NCBI GenBank assembly: GCA_030704615.1
Contig: CM060733.1
Location: 23,374,001 to 23,438,000, forward strand
Reading direction: 5' to 3'
DNA length: 64,000 bases
Source of the DNA: Takakia lepidozioides
Taxonomy: Eukaryota; Plantae; Bryophyta
A model generated the notes under the pieces. That model was not told where the DNA came from and made no database searches. It worked only from the letters and a program-made list of their open reading frames with translations. Shown one piece after another: positions 24,726 to 37,695 of the stretch. Positions within the stretch are counted from its first letter, which is position 1. Each line of letters starts with the position of its first letter. The translations under genes and the position numbers were made by a program.

Positions 24726-27700
24726 TGACCCTGTCTCCGCCAAGATGAATGATTGAGGCAACCTAGCCTGACGGCTTGCCTCCCCATGTTGTGGATCCAA
24801 CTCCACCTCTGCACCTCGTGGCTCAGGAACTCGTGCTGCTCCTCGAGTGACGGCTGCAGCAAACTTCACCTGCACTAGTGGTAGTGCTGCCCCACACATA
24901 AATCCCATGCCTCCCATGTCTCCTCCGTCAGGATGACGCTGCTGAGGAGGAACAAGAAGTGGACCCTCAGGTCTTAGAGCTGGTACCACCTGAGCTGTGG
25001 CCATGGCAGCAACCCTTTGCTCTAGATGTTGAAGCCGGTTGGGCATGCCTTGGTCAACGCCTTGATCTCCACGTCCTTGGCCATATTGTGCTTGCCCTCG
25101 TCCTACACCTCGTGCCTGACCACCTCGTCCTCTCTGAGGTGCTCTACCTCGCCCTCGGCCACCATTGTTCCCTTGGAACTGGGCTCGCCGCAACTCACGG
25201 TGCAAGTCATAACACTGGGCATCTCCATCCCCATACTTGCCACCATGCCCACACTGCAACTGTGCAGGCTGTGTTTGTGCCGGCCCTTTGCCACTCTCTG
25301 GGCAATCTTTCTTGACATGGGGTCCTCCACATATTCAACATACCACCCCTGGTTGTTGTTGGTCTGCAAAAGATGCCATTGGCCTCTACACTTGAGGTCC
25401 CCTGTAAACTCCATGGAATTTGGGTTGGGCAACCTTGCCCCCCCTAACCACGCTATTGGGCAGTCCCTTTGTGCCTGTTGGCTAGCAGCTGCGCCTCGTG
25501 CAGGCATGTCCTTACCAAATCGAATGGTAACAACTCGCTCCTCCACCATGTTGAGCTCAATCTAGTAGAAACACATCTGCTAATATGGGTTGGGCCGCTT
25601 ATAACAGGGTTGCATCCCGCACCCTTCTCCTGAGCTCCTTGTCCAAAATTCCATACCAGAACTGGATTGCCTGAGCTTCAGTAACCCCTTGGGTCACACT
25701 TATCAAGCGTCTCATACGAGTGTAGGCCTCTCGCAAGCTCTCACTGGATTTGCGCTGGAAGTCTTCGCAGCTTCTCTGTCCGTACGCCTTGGTAGTTCCT
25801 CCACAACTCCTGGAAGAACTCCACCACCGGGTTGAATATAGGCACATGTGTTGTAGTTGTGGCAGGAGGAGTAGTAACACCTTTTGAACTGGTACCACCT
25901 GCAGAAGTACCGGCACTACTTGTTCCACTACTAGTGTTGGCAGTGGGAGATATTGGTGCTGATGCAGCTACTGGTCGCGTCGTGCCTCCAGTAACGGAGA
26001 CGTAGTCAGGTGACCAGTACATCCTCCACTCCTCAATCTCTGCTTCATGTCCTCGCCTGAACTCGTGGAAATCATCCATAGGCGGGCCTTCCAAATGCTG
26101 GAACAGTCCCTTCCACGCCATGAATGGGGTGAACAGCTGTGGATTGCGCATCTGCTGCAAATCACACCAGATGTCGAACTCCTGGATAAAGTCATCCAAC
26201 TCGATTGTGCCCACAGCTCTAGAGTACCTACGAGGCCCCTTGGTAGCTCCATACATCTCCTCCATGTCATCCCACAACAATGGCGAAGGAAACTGCACAC
26301 TTGTTGATGAAGCCTCCGAGTCTGTGTCAGACTCTACACTAGTTGAGGGTGGAGGTGAAGGTGGTCTGAACCGAACACCTCGTCTTGTGAACCCACTCTC
26401 ACTGCTACTGCCCGTAGCCGTATTCCCCTCAAAACCTTTGGGTAACTCCGTGATGACACTCACAACCCGCACCTCCCCCACGTGACACTATAAGGCTCTA
26501 GTACTAATTCTAATAGTGACACGGGTGAGCACCTGTTGCGGATTAAGGGTCATATCCTAGTGGCTAAGGGCACATGCACCTGCATCCACCGCAAGAACTC
26601 ATATGGTTGGCTGGTCATCAACCCAGCCTCACCATAGAAGAAACACTGGTGGTCTTGTTGGTCATCACTCCAGCCTCACCACCGACAGCATACTCTAGGA
26701 TTGACCGGTGATCAAATCCAGCCTAATCCCTATGACAGCAAACGCCCACACAAAACCAACATGGCGCACAATCAAGCATGCAGGTGTGGGGGGGATCCAA
26801 ACACAAGAAACCAAAACATCAACACCCCCACATCAAAATCCCTCCGCAGTGTTGCTCCTACAGAATACCCCAGTCCAAAAACCCCGGACTGACTGGCCTC
26901 CATCAAGAGAAGCTTTGGCAACTACAAGTACAAAGTAATGAAAATAGTAAAGAGAGAGAGGGAAAGAATAGAGGCCCGACCAAGCAAGATCTAATCCTGA
27001 TCTATGTTATCAACTGCCAGACTTCTCTCAAAGTGCCTCGCTCTGCATGATGGTAAGGTGTGGGAGGTATATCTATGTCCAGAAACGTGCCACTAACCTT
27101 ATCCCAAGCTACAGTAGTTCGCTCTAACCAACCCTCCTCCTCTCTCTGCCAGGTAAAGACAAAGCAATACTCCCCTATCTCCCGCTCCCTGAATACTAAA
27201 GAAAATAGAAGTAGGGTCTGACAGTTCTCAACTCGAAAGCTTTGAGACGGTTGCGGGTGTCCTTGTTGCGAATGACTGCATCTCCTTTAAGCAAAACAAA
27301 TTGTTCGTTGCTAATGAACCCCCATTCATGGTTGACTCGTGCAGAGCGTGTCCGGCTGCAACCACGTCTGATTGCAAAAACTTGTGCAGCTCTTCCTTCT
27401 CTGCTCCAGTTCACCACGGCCTTGTGGCTGAACACCTTGGTCCCCGGGGCTGTCTTTGGCTGTGTTCCAAGCCTAGCTTCCACCCACTTTGGTATTTCAC
27501 CTACAGCTGCAGAACTGCTTGCTCCAACAGAGTTCTGACTGTCCAAAGCAATATTGAGGCCATCAACGCCAACTACAGCAGTTTGTTGTCTATTGCTAAT
27601 GCCTGACTCCCAGTATGCAATCAACTCGTCCAACTGTTATCCACTCAAATCAGTCTGAGTTCCTTGAGAAACATAAATTTTGTCTCCTTGTGTGCACAGG

Positions 27701-29360
27701 CTAAGAGAAGAGACATGCCCTTCAATTACGTCATCATTGTCCTCAGCCATACAAGTAGGACATCCACAGACTTGTCTCTCATGTAGACCACAACAGGTTC
27801 TAGAAACAGAATTGTGGATCTTTCATAGCACACTCACACTCAAAAAATTCCATAGATTTTTAGCAGAGTCCAAAAAACTAAAACCAAGTCTGAATATGTA
27901 GATTTCCACAATCTGTAGGTCCTCGCGCAAATTTGAGGTCAAACAACCTTTGTATGACCAAGTTATGGCAAAAACAGGCTCTGTATAATTTAAATTGGAT
28001 CAAAACAAAGCTCCAAATGTATTTCAATAAATACAAGTATTTTTGGCGTACCCTACATGTTTCATGCGAATACCCGTAATTCCGAGGACGGATCTCTACA
28101 TGTGCAGGAGCTTTAAAACTGGGAGTCGGGGGATTTGCTACTGGTCGGTGCAGGAATGAAAACTTCGCAGTCTGGTGCCAAGCGCCATGAATACCACTCC
28201 AAACAGCGATGGCCTAATGTCCAAGATCTTGCATGTGTAGAAGAACCGAATAGGGAAGCATTGACAAGTGTGAGTGCCAACCGCTTGTGCATGAGCCCTG
28301 CTGAGGATATCAATTGTGCTTCTCCAGCAAGAGATGAGCCGGCCTACTACCATTCAGGCACTTTTATTTCTGAAGATGTAAACCTCGGCAGCAAATCTGC
28401 CCCTAATTTGAGCAGCTTCAATGCCATGGCTACGTCAGATCTGAATCAGACCCGTGCCCTCTTTGATCAGCACTTCTCCTGGCACATGTGTATTTGTGAC
28501 AAACCAGCCTCACACTCTAATCACGTCGACAGTATCCTCATGTGACGTGGGCTGGTCCTCCACCATTCAATCCCTTCAACTTCATGTTCAACCTTGGCAG
28601 TGAACATTCAATCAAAACGACAAATTGCCAACAGGCTCGTCTATTTCTCTTTTCATCGCAAGGTCAACATGACGCCACTTTGAACTTAAGCCACACTTCT
28701 CTCTTCACACGTGATTGGATTCAAGCATCAGTCCCACCTCGAATAACACCCAAGTCGATCTCTGATCATGAGTGTTTACAGGCTGAATTCATATCCACTG
28801 TCCATAAGAAAACACGTTAGACTCCACCGATCGCTGCCCTTCCATTCACAACCTTGCTGGGCATACCCTGTGTTCATCACACTCCATGAGACCTGATTTC
28901 AGCCATGTAATCAGTCGCTCCAGCCCTATTGTTTTGATGCCTTCTCCCATGCGGTCATCATGCTTAAAAATCACATTTCAGCCAGCCAGTTAATTGAACA
29001 CGTTCTCCCACATTCAAGTTGTTGATGGTTAAAACCTGATGTCACAGTTGGGCTTAAACTTAGGCTGAAACAGACCCAGCAAATGCACTGCTTCATGGCA
29101 GGCCTAATCGCCAGCTTACTGCATCTGCCCAAGCATATCAGCTCTCTTAAATCTAAAAACAAAAATCCAGCACCTCCTTCCTTGCCACAGGCTTGGTGTT
29201 CAACCAGCCCATCAGCTCATGCCGAAATGCTCCCGGCCTTAGGCCCAACTCCATTGAAGAATCATGGATGGTGTACCTGGTAGCTCATCCCACCCATTTC
29301 CTTGCACCCACGCAAATCAACAGCCAAAGGTGACCGACCATTTTCAGGCTCTTATGCAGG

Positions 29361-29533
29361 CAAACCTGACATCCTCACTTCAGCATATTACGGCCACTTA
29401 CAAGCTGGGCCCATTTGATAGATCGCTTGTTGTGATGCCTTTGCTCCATGTGCATGGTCTAATGGCTGGACTATTTTCATCACTCTACTGGGGGACAACC
29501 AGTCTTCCATCGCTGGACGATTCTCAGCTTCAA
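29361..29533 (+). pseudogene. Fragment of an AAE3-like (oxalate-CoA ligase) acyl-activating enzyme exon
   Basis: After a CAG acceptor: ANLTSSLQHITATYKLGPFDRSLVVMPLLHVHGLMAGLFSSL (PLxHVHG motif). Frameshifted and cut by an LTR-like sequence. Confidence 0.7.
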
Positions 29534-29928
29534 TGTCCGATCAACCCAAAATAAACACTACAACGGCAGCCGCTTCAAATTAACCAGTGCTTAACTAAAA
29601 ACTCACATCTCGCACTAATGATGCAATGTCATCTCTCTCGAGTGAAAAGATGCACAAAACCAAACCAACATTTCACTCATAAAATAAGAATCAAGCCCAC
29701 TGCACCCCCAAGGCTTTGGGGAATCAACAGTACACGGCGCCATAGCCGACGCGGGAGGCTCAACTCGAGAGAGATGAGCCTCGCGCGTTCGCCGTGAAGA
29801 TAAGCCACGCCCATGGGCCAACAAATATCTTGACCCCTGGTTTGACACTTGGATCAAGCCCAAGTGTCATATATAAAAACTAGTTATTTATTGGCTAGTT
29901 TCACACTACTAGTAAAATTTACTTGACA
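29534..29928. mobile_element. Solo-LTR-like sequence, related to 56386-56715
   Basis: TGTC...TGACA termini. Shares AGGCTCAACTCGAGA.AGATGAGCCTC..GCCGTGAAGATAA with 56548-56597. No TSD seen. Confidence 0.55.
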
Positions 29929-31228
29929 ATATATTAATAATCATTCAAGGATTTATTTCCGTCAGGAATCTTTGTATCTTCTTGAAGATACTTAATACTT
30001 CTTGAAACTTGCCATTATAAATCTTACCTTATTATCTACAATTCCTTACCACATTTGATCAGATTTTCTATAATCATAGTATAATTTACTGTTATTGTTT
30101 ATTCAATGTTGTTCTTCATATCTGAACCTTGCATTCCCAAAAGTAACTGTATTATTTATGTTTCTGGCACATATTTCTGGGTTATTTTTAAAGCTCATAA
30201 TACCAATAAACTTTCTAAGATTAATTACTTATACTGGTTGTTTCCAATTATTTATTTCTACTAGTAAGCTATTTACTGTACTTGCCCATGCTATTTGACA
30301 GGAGGCTGCTGGAATTTTTTATTTTTTGTCAAGAAGAGGTCAGGCACTCTTTTTGGAATTTCTGCAGTTTCGGCACATATCACTATATATAATATAAAAG
30401 TCTTTTATTTACACATGTGTATGGGTAGCTCAATGGTATCATGCAAGCTTCAGTAAGAGCAGGTCCGGAGTTTGAATTTTTGGGTCTTCCGGCACAAGTA
30501 GATTTTTTTTTTTTTTTTTTTCGACAGCGTGCTTCTTTATTTAATTATCATCAGACTGCGTAGGCAGGTACGGTAATTACAATTATATATCTACTGATTT
30601 TCTTATTGTTAAAAAAAATGACATGTTTTATACTGATATTTTTGTAATTGTTTATTTTTAACCTTTAATCGCCATTATTATAATTATATTATTAAAAATT
30701 AATAATAAATTATTTACTCCACCATTTTCAAGGTTTTCAGTTATTTAGTTATATTACAAATAATTTTTTGATATTAATATGCCCTTATAATGATATATTT
30801 TAATATTGTTTTGCTGATTTTTTTACTTGAATTTTTGTTAATCATGTTTAAATATTCGCGATTCGTCTACAATAGCATTTTTGTAAGCTAAGGCCCCGGC
30901 TGCACCTGCCGGTTAGCTAACCGACGGCTAACCGGACAGTTAAGTGACCGGCCCAATAGTTAATTAAGGACCCGGCCGCACCTGCCATCTAGTTAACGGG
31001 GCACGTCGTGGTTAACAAACCGTGCTGCTGCCCGGTTTTCTTTCCTGCCCGCGCACACTTTCTCTCTCCCCGTGTTCAGCCTCCACGGTCGTCCCTGTAA
31101 TCCCTGCAGTCCTGTTTCTTCACTAGTACTTCTCTACTTGGTCACTGGCATGGACGCTTCTCACTGCGCCGCACAACTGCATTCCAAAATGGTGTCTTTT
31201 TTTTTCCACATGAGTTACGAAGCTTCCC

Positions 31229-31403
31229 CGCTTAGGAAAAAGGTAGTTTCTCTTGGATCAAAGGCGTGTTGTATGCTTCAGTTTCAAGTCTGTGAACATA
31301 TGTAGGTCTTTAGCTGAGAGAAGGGGTGGTTGGTTGTGTGGTACAGGCATATGTGCAACAGCTTGAATCAAGTCGCATCAAGTTGAATAAACTTGAGCAA
31401 GAA
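31229..31403 (+). pseudogene. Captured TGA-class bZIP fragment (two partial exons plus intron)
   Basis: LRKK, then GT intron 31243-31346 AG, then AYVQQLESSRIKLNKLEQE, the TGA basic-zipper signature. Confidence 0.8.
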
Positions 31404-31438
31404 GTAGCTTAAGTTTAGGGGGTTGGATGTCATGGCAG

Positions 31439-31747
31439 TCGGCCTAGGCAGGTAAAAGACGTGCACATCAAGAGGAGGTTGTGCGGACTCTCACTAACAC
31501 GCTGGAAACTAGAAATGTGCGTTTCTCCTTCACATTAATGAAGCTGTTGTGATAATCACAATGTGAATGCTCCTGCTTGAAGCTAATTTTATGGTCTGGC
31601 TTGTGGAATTTGACGGGGCTTGACAAGGAGGGAGAATACTGAGTTGGGTAATGGGGAAATGCATGCAGTTACCACACCTACTATTTTATGGACTCCTGGT
31701 ACTGGCAAAACATCCACTGCACCAGCAACTGTTCATCAACTTTTTAG
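31439..31747 (+). pseudogene. Captured replication factor C small subunit (RFC4-like) fragment, two exons plus intron, frameshifted
   Basis: RPRQVKDV(A)HQEEVVRTLTNTLETRN, then intron 31517-31668, then LPHLLFYG(P)PGTGKTSTAPATVHQLF. Confidence 0.82.
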
Positions 31748-32712
31748 GTGAGATGTCTCTCTTGCCCTCTGATTGTAGTAAGCGCAAGAGGTGATTAATC
31801 AGACAAATGATTTACTGTTCGCTGAATTATTGTTTTCACTTGTCTGAATCTGAATTATTGTTCTTGTATATACAAGCCCGCACAACAGATCCTCAGTTTT
31901 CCTAATCGGATCGGCCTCAGCTTGGTGCAAGGAACCATGTGCAACCCACACTTAGCCCATAATCTTACTAGTAGACGGTGTTTCCAGGGAATGGTGAATG
32001 AGCACACTAGCTTTTCATCAAACCTATAACCAGACATGTTTTACAACATTCTATGTCATGATGGTCACTGAATTCTAACCAGCTTCCAACTATATTAATG
32101 CATGTCAAGTTTGGTGAGTGCATAACCAGCCCTAAAGCCATCACCACTGCCTATGGTGCCTGTGGTGTCTGTGGAAGACATGCTACACTCTCTCCTACAC
32201 TCTCCCTTGTAATCTCTGGATTAAAAAAAATGAGACACACACTGCTTGCAAAGAGCCTCTCCCCTCTGCACTCTATGCCATCGCGAGCGCCTACCTTGCA
32301 AGAACCTCTCCAATCTCCCCTCTGCACACTATGCCATCGCGAGCGCCTGCCCTACAAGAACCTCTCTACTCTCCCCGCCATAGCGAGCATCTAGCATCTG
32401 CAAAACCTCTCCACCACTGCCCAATTTTTAATTGTTGACCGAGATTTAACACCTCCATGTTAAATCTCGCCCTCTCCCCGTTACAGCATTTAACAGCTGT
32501 TAATCGGCCAGTACTAATTGGCAGGTGCGGCCGGGGCCTAATCACCTTACAATGACACTTTGTAAATGACATATTTGAGCTAATGCTATGTAACATTTAT
32601 TTATTTACTTGTTTAATCATCATCATCATCATCATTATAAAATTAATAAAATATTTACGCTATCGATAATATTGATAATATATAAAACATTATAAATAAT
32701 ATTGTATTATTT

Positions 32713-32860
32713 AGGCCCCGGCCGCACTGGCCGATTTAACCGTGGCTAAGTGGAGTTTAGCCACAACTATCTTTATTTTGATGCCGCACTAGGCAATTTA
32801 GACATTGTTAAATTTAATCAACGTTAATCGTCACTAATCGTCCCCCCAGTATTTGTCCAA
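32713..32860. mobile_element. Single terminus of a second Harbinger-like element
   Basis: TTA followed by GGCCCCGGCCGCACTGGCC, resembling the 30892 TIR. No partner TIR found. Confidence 0.45.
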
Positions 32861-35584
32861 CTAGATAACCCTTACCCACCCCCACATATTAACTTTAATC
32901 ACACGGGGCAGCCGATGGAAAATTCCAACGCGCTCCCCAATCTCCTCCTTCCTCGCGCTTGTCTCTCACAGACGGTAAGCCACCGCCACCAGTGGGAATC
33001 AATGGACTCAAAGGTTCCTCACCTGCACAACCCAAACACACCCACCCACCTGTAAGACAAGGTTCCATCCAGACTTGGCTGCTTTTGTGGTTGTGTCCCT
33101 TGCCAGTTCAAGTGATGTGTTTCCCATGAATTGTTCTTCTCCCTTACGATCCATTTTCCTCTGGAGCATTACAAACACAGTGATCCTTATAAGTGAAGAA
33201 AAAAATGGAATTTTTCCTCTTGTATGCCAAACCGAAAACACATGTCATTGAATAGTAAGCAACATTGTAATCAACTCAAATCTGGTGTACACAACTTCAG
33301 ATGGCCGCATGGTCGAAAGAACTCAACTAGCACATTGTAGGGCCCAACAGACCTCAGAACACACAATACAGATCTAATGATGGTTCACAAGCATCAGGTA
33401 GACACCAGTTAGGGCTCAGTCTTTTGCCTGAGTAGGTGGACGTTATTGATCGTTCAGTCAGACGCTTCACTTATTCCTTTCATAGTTGCAGCTCATTTTC
33501 TTTAATTTGCAACTATGTCTATGTTATCTCCAATTCATCTTCAAGCTCTTAGATGAATCATTGTCGTGTTGCCTAAAACATTAGAATCATATGCCCATAA
33601 AAAGAGTGGACTGAGTGAGAAGCTTCCCACGTTGCTTCAACAAGAGCCATTCATGTGGTGTGACAAGAACTAGAAATGCACTTGACTCTTCATTTCATGA
33701 TGCTGCAACCCAGTCAACCCTGAACTATAGCATATGAATTTTCAACCATTTCAGTATCTTAAATTCAATAGATTGGTATGACTTTCAAGAATTTTGTGAC
33801 CTTTATCTCAGCACAATTGCGTTCGTAGTGGAGAAGAAGCAGGCCATTTCCTTCTTGAATCCACGGGGGGATCAATATATGTATTTTTTCCATATCACGT
33901 GCGTACAAATGTATATTTATACTAGGCTATATTTTTAAAATTTTGCATTTTTTTCCACCCTATCTTTAGGTAATATTGTAAAACCCTTTGTTTCATAATA
34001 CTATTTTTTTTTCAACAATTAATTAGATCATATTTTAAATTATCTTTTTAAATAATTTCAAAATTTCAAAGCATGTACACAAACAACATTCCATACATAA
34101 GTCAAATGTTGGACCCAGAGAAAAGTTTAATTTTCTTTAGCCACGAACCCATTCAAAGCTGCAGCATCACTTCGATCTAAAGAGTACTAGTTCTGAGATG
34201 GTTCAAATGTCATAGTCAATGTTGAGATTATGGTCCCAACATCAATCCACTATGTATAACTGGAATCATATTTGAACTTCAGGTGACCTCTACATTTGGA
34301 GAACCAATTCAAAAAACATCATAATCGAAGGACCCCCAGATTTGGGTAGAACAGGCTTATTCATCAAATAAGCCCTGATGAATTAATGCAGTTTTGAGAA
34401 GATTTCATCCTGATGGATTAGAGTTGGATATGAGAAAATTCACAATGATGGATATATTATACTCTAGATAAAACCCTTTATTACATTAACTTTTTAGATA
34501 AAACTCTGGATTTTTTGTGACCATTTAAAAAAAAAATTGGGTGAAATAATATTGTCCTACCATATTTTCCAAGTAAAACTTTTCTAAAAATTACCTCAAG
34601 AAAATAAACTACACCCTATATTTGTTCTCACGTGGTTTTGAAAATACGGGGAGTGACCCCCCCAAGCTTGGATCCCAAACAAGAATTGATATGTTGTAGA
34701 TGATGTCTAGTCTTTCTCATCCTCGGAATGGAAATCAATTGCTTTGGTAGAACATTTCAATATGGATGGAGTGAAAGTGTAAAAATATATCAAGTGCACA
34801 AATCACTTTCTTCTTTAAGGTAAAGACAATTGCAACCTGATTGCACACTGACCCTACCCACTTAAAACCTTTTGTAGCAAGAAATGGAAATTGGTTTTCT
34901 TATCATCTCAGTGTAGAGCAACCGTTTCTGATCAGTGACGTAGGGACGGACATAATGCTTGAAATACTGACTTTCCAATCGACCACATGGCATGTATGAT
35001 ACAAATCAGCATGGCCTCCCCTGATGGATCATTGTTCAGATACATCTCATGCTGATGGAGATAAAACATATTGATGCATGGTGATCTAACAGTGATAGGC
35101 TTACCTGCCCGTTTGGATGAATCTGATGGGGATGATTACTCAGGCCACATGAGGTGGCTTGCCTGAATGACTATGTTGTTTCCCCACGGTAGCTTACACG
35201 ATTGCTACGTGAGCTCCATGTGAATACCATCTTCCAGTTATAGAATAATTCCATGTGGAAGGATAGGTAAAAGAAACCTGCATGGGTAGATAGTCAATTG
35301 GAAGCCATCGCAGCAGCAAAATTGATTAAATCAGGTACTGTTAATCAAGGCACCTTCTTCAACACATTTCACCTTGTTTTTCCCTCTTATTAGAATCGGC
35401 CCTAAATTTTCATGTTGAATTTTGCAAGTTAGCTGGTTGAGTGAACCTTTGATAGTTTGGAGTGACTTTGACATGATACTACCAATGTGACAACATAAAA
35501 GTATCCAGAAACAGGTAACAGAGATTGTGAGAAGCTGTGGATTGAATACTTTTCTGACCCCAGTCAATGGTGGGACAATCGAGG

Positions 35585-35700
35585 TTTTGGCTGATGAGCA
35601 TGATCCCTGTAGGTCTCTCTATCTCATGAAAAATCTTCGGGTGTGTGGTGACTGCCACACTGCCACCAAGTTCATTTGGAAGTTGCTTGGAAGTTGTTGG
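35585..35700 (+). pseudogene. PPR-DYW deaminase domain fragment
   Basis: SLYLMKNLRVCGDCHTATKFIWKLLG matches the DYW signature KNLRVCGDCH. No upstream HSE motif or terminal DYW. Confidence 0.8.
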
Positions 35701-37695
35701 CCAAATGCAGTATTGCACTCGATAGTTGTAAATAAAGTCTTTCATTCTAGTAGTACTAAAACTGTAGTAGTACTAAAAACTTCTACGTTTGTGTGGGTTT
35801 GCTTAACTTTTGCTCCGCCTTAGACTTTGAGGCATCCGTGGGGATGCTTGTCCAATTTGAAATTTTGTAATATGATTTACAGGGCTTTGTAACTTTGTTT
35901 CTCCAGTGGTTGCTAGTATGTAGGACAACAGTAGTGTCCATTCTATTTTCCCAAAAAACATAATGAAGAATTTAAATCAATTAATAATCTAAAATTTATA
36001 AATTTATAATTTAATTTATTAAATTAAAAATATTATTTAAAAAAACCTCTTTATGACATGTGTTAGTCATACATGTGGATATGTAGTCATATAATGTAGT
36101 CATGAAGTTATATACTGATCATGATTACATCACTACATGTGGCATTATATGATACGACATTCTTTCCCACGTGTAGGTTATATATGTTGTCCACGTGGAC
36201 ACGCGTCACATCCGGAGTGCTACATGTGTCCCTCTAACGCCTCTCCATGGAGTTATATGACTGAAAATATAGTCATAGGTGCAATCATAAAAATGCTCAT
36301 TTGTTGTAGTGGGAGAAGCAGAAAAAAATGTTATGCAACAATGTCATAAGGGTTCTGAGCAAGGCGGTCCAAAGGTAAGCGAAAAGCATGTTGTACCTCC
36401 CTTCGAAGTATCATTGGGATGCGAGTATAGAGCCGAGAACAAGGCAAACCTAGATGATATGCTCCCAAAACATCAAGGGTTCCAATCCAACGCCAAGCCT
36501 GAGCAGAAGGAGCAGCTAAAGGGGGAGGTATAGGACCGTCGGGAGAAGACTAACTAGACATATAACACGTATGTTGATAACGTGCAAGACCCCTGATACG
36601 GACAAACATCCGACCACAACCTGGGCAAGGCATTCGGTCTGGTTGATGAGATGGTGGTGATGGTGGTGGAAGAAGAGATGGAACAAAAGAACGGGCAATC
36701 TGTTTAGGTGACTGTGTCCATCGTCGAGAAGGAGGTGGCGAGCCAGGTGGAGAGGTAATCTCTGTGGGAGGCCGCCACGTATCTGAAAGTCGATTTGGGG
36801 AAGGGTGTGGAGGTGATCGACGGTAGAGGTCTCCGTTGGTGTGGCCTCGGGGAGAGTGGGAGGGCCCACCCGCATCTGGATTTCGTTGTCGCTGTGCTAG
36901 GGAATTCCAAAAAGGCCTTGATGTGAAATGTATTACAATTCAGTTGATCAACCCCCTAAAAGTATTGTATTGCTAAAACTAGCTTGAAAACAACCATAAT
37001 TTGCAATTCAATTGAATTGTCAGTGTTAGTTGACAATTCAATTGAATTGTAATATATATATTTTTAACTTATTTTTATATATAATATATGTAATATATAT
37101 GTATATGTATATATTCAAGTTATACTTATACACATATGAGAGTATAAGCTAAAAATACATGTTGCTCCGTGTATCTTGTGCCCCTAAGGAAATCGTGGAG
37201 TTGTGAAGTCAGCCTCAGCGAGAGAGGGAGAGCCAGAGAGAGAGCTAGAGAGAGAGAGATCAACAGCTTCATGTGATTCACTGGCAAAAGAAACATGGCT
37301 GGCTCTGAAATCACAATTGAGTATTTTGTGAGATCTTACAAAATTGATTGAGAACCGGAATAAATGAGGGGCTCCAAGCAGTGTCTCATTCTATATTTAT
37401 TTTTCCTCACCATCTCAATAAACTAAAGGGCATTTGTCCCCTTTTGCTAAAAAACAAAAAAACAAACAAAACAAACAAAACGGGTATCTCCTACACGGTG
37501 ACGAGACCTTGTGATGAGACCTCATGGCAGCCTTCGGGCTTGTTAAGAGAATCTCCACCATGGTCCCCTAAATGCCCCTGCAACGGCAAAGGAGCCCCTG
37601 GCCTTGGTATTCGCACCCCCGGGCCGTAATTTGGTGCAGGATACCGTGCAGCTAAGCCCGGCCTGTATGTGCTGGAGAGTCTAAAAAGCGTAGGC

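Larger units (their letters stand above)
20120..26481 (-). mobile_element. Degenerate Ty3/Gypsy LTR retrotransposon internal region: Gag, aspartic protease, DNMT3-like methyltransferase, RT, RNase H; truncated before integrase
   Basis: Gag 26481-25100 with decayed zinc knuckle QCGHGGKYGDGDAQC. Protease LDSRAQPLILG (decayed DSG) at ~23480. RT with MCGDYRPVN, LDLRSGYHQ, PFGLKNAPAEFQ, YIDD (21369-20638). RNase H with LHTDWS, YSSYEGEC, DHQPL. Multiple stops and frameshifts. Confidence 0.93.
30892..32538. mobile_element. Non-autonomous PIF/Harbinger element with captured gene fragments (Pack-type)
   Basis: TIRs GGCCCCGGCTGCACCTGCC / GGCAGGTGCGGCCGGGGCC. TAA TSD on both sides (30889-30891 and 32539-32541). 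Confidence 0.88.

Noticed and set aside
36309-36910. ORF with a poly-His tract (36516-36875)
   Set aside because: Antisense reading of a GGT/GAT-rich degenerate stretch, with no recognisable domain.
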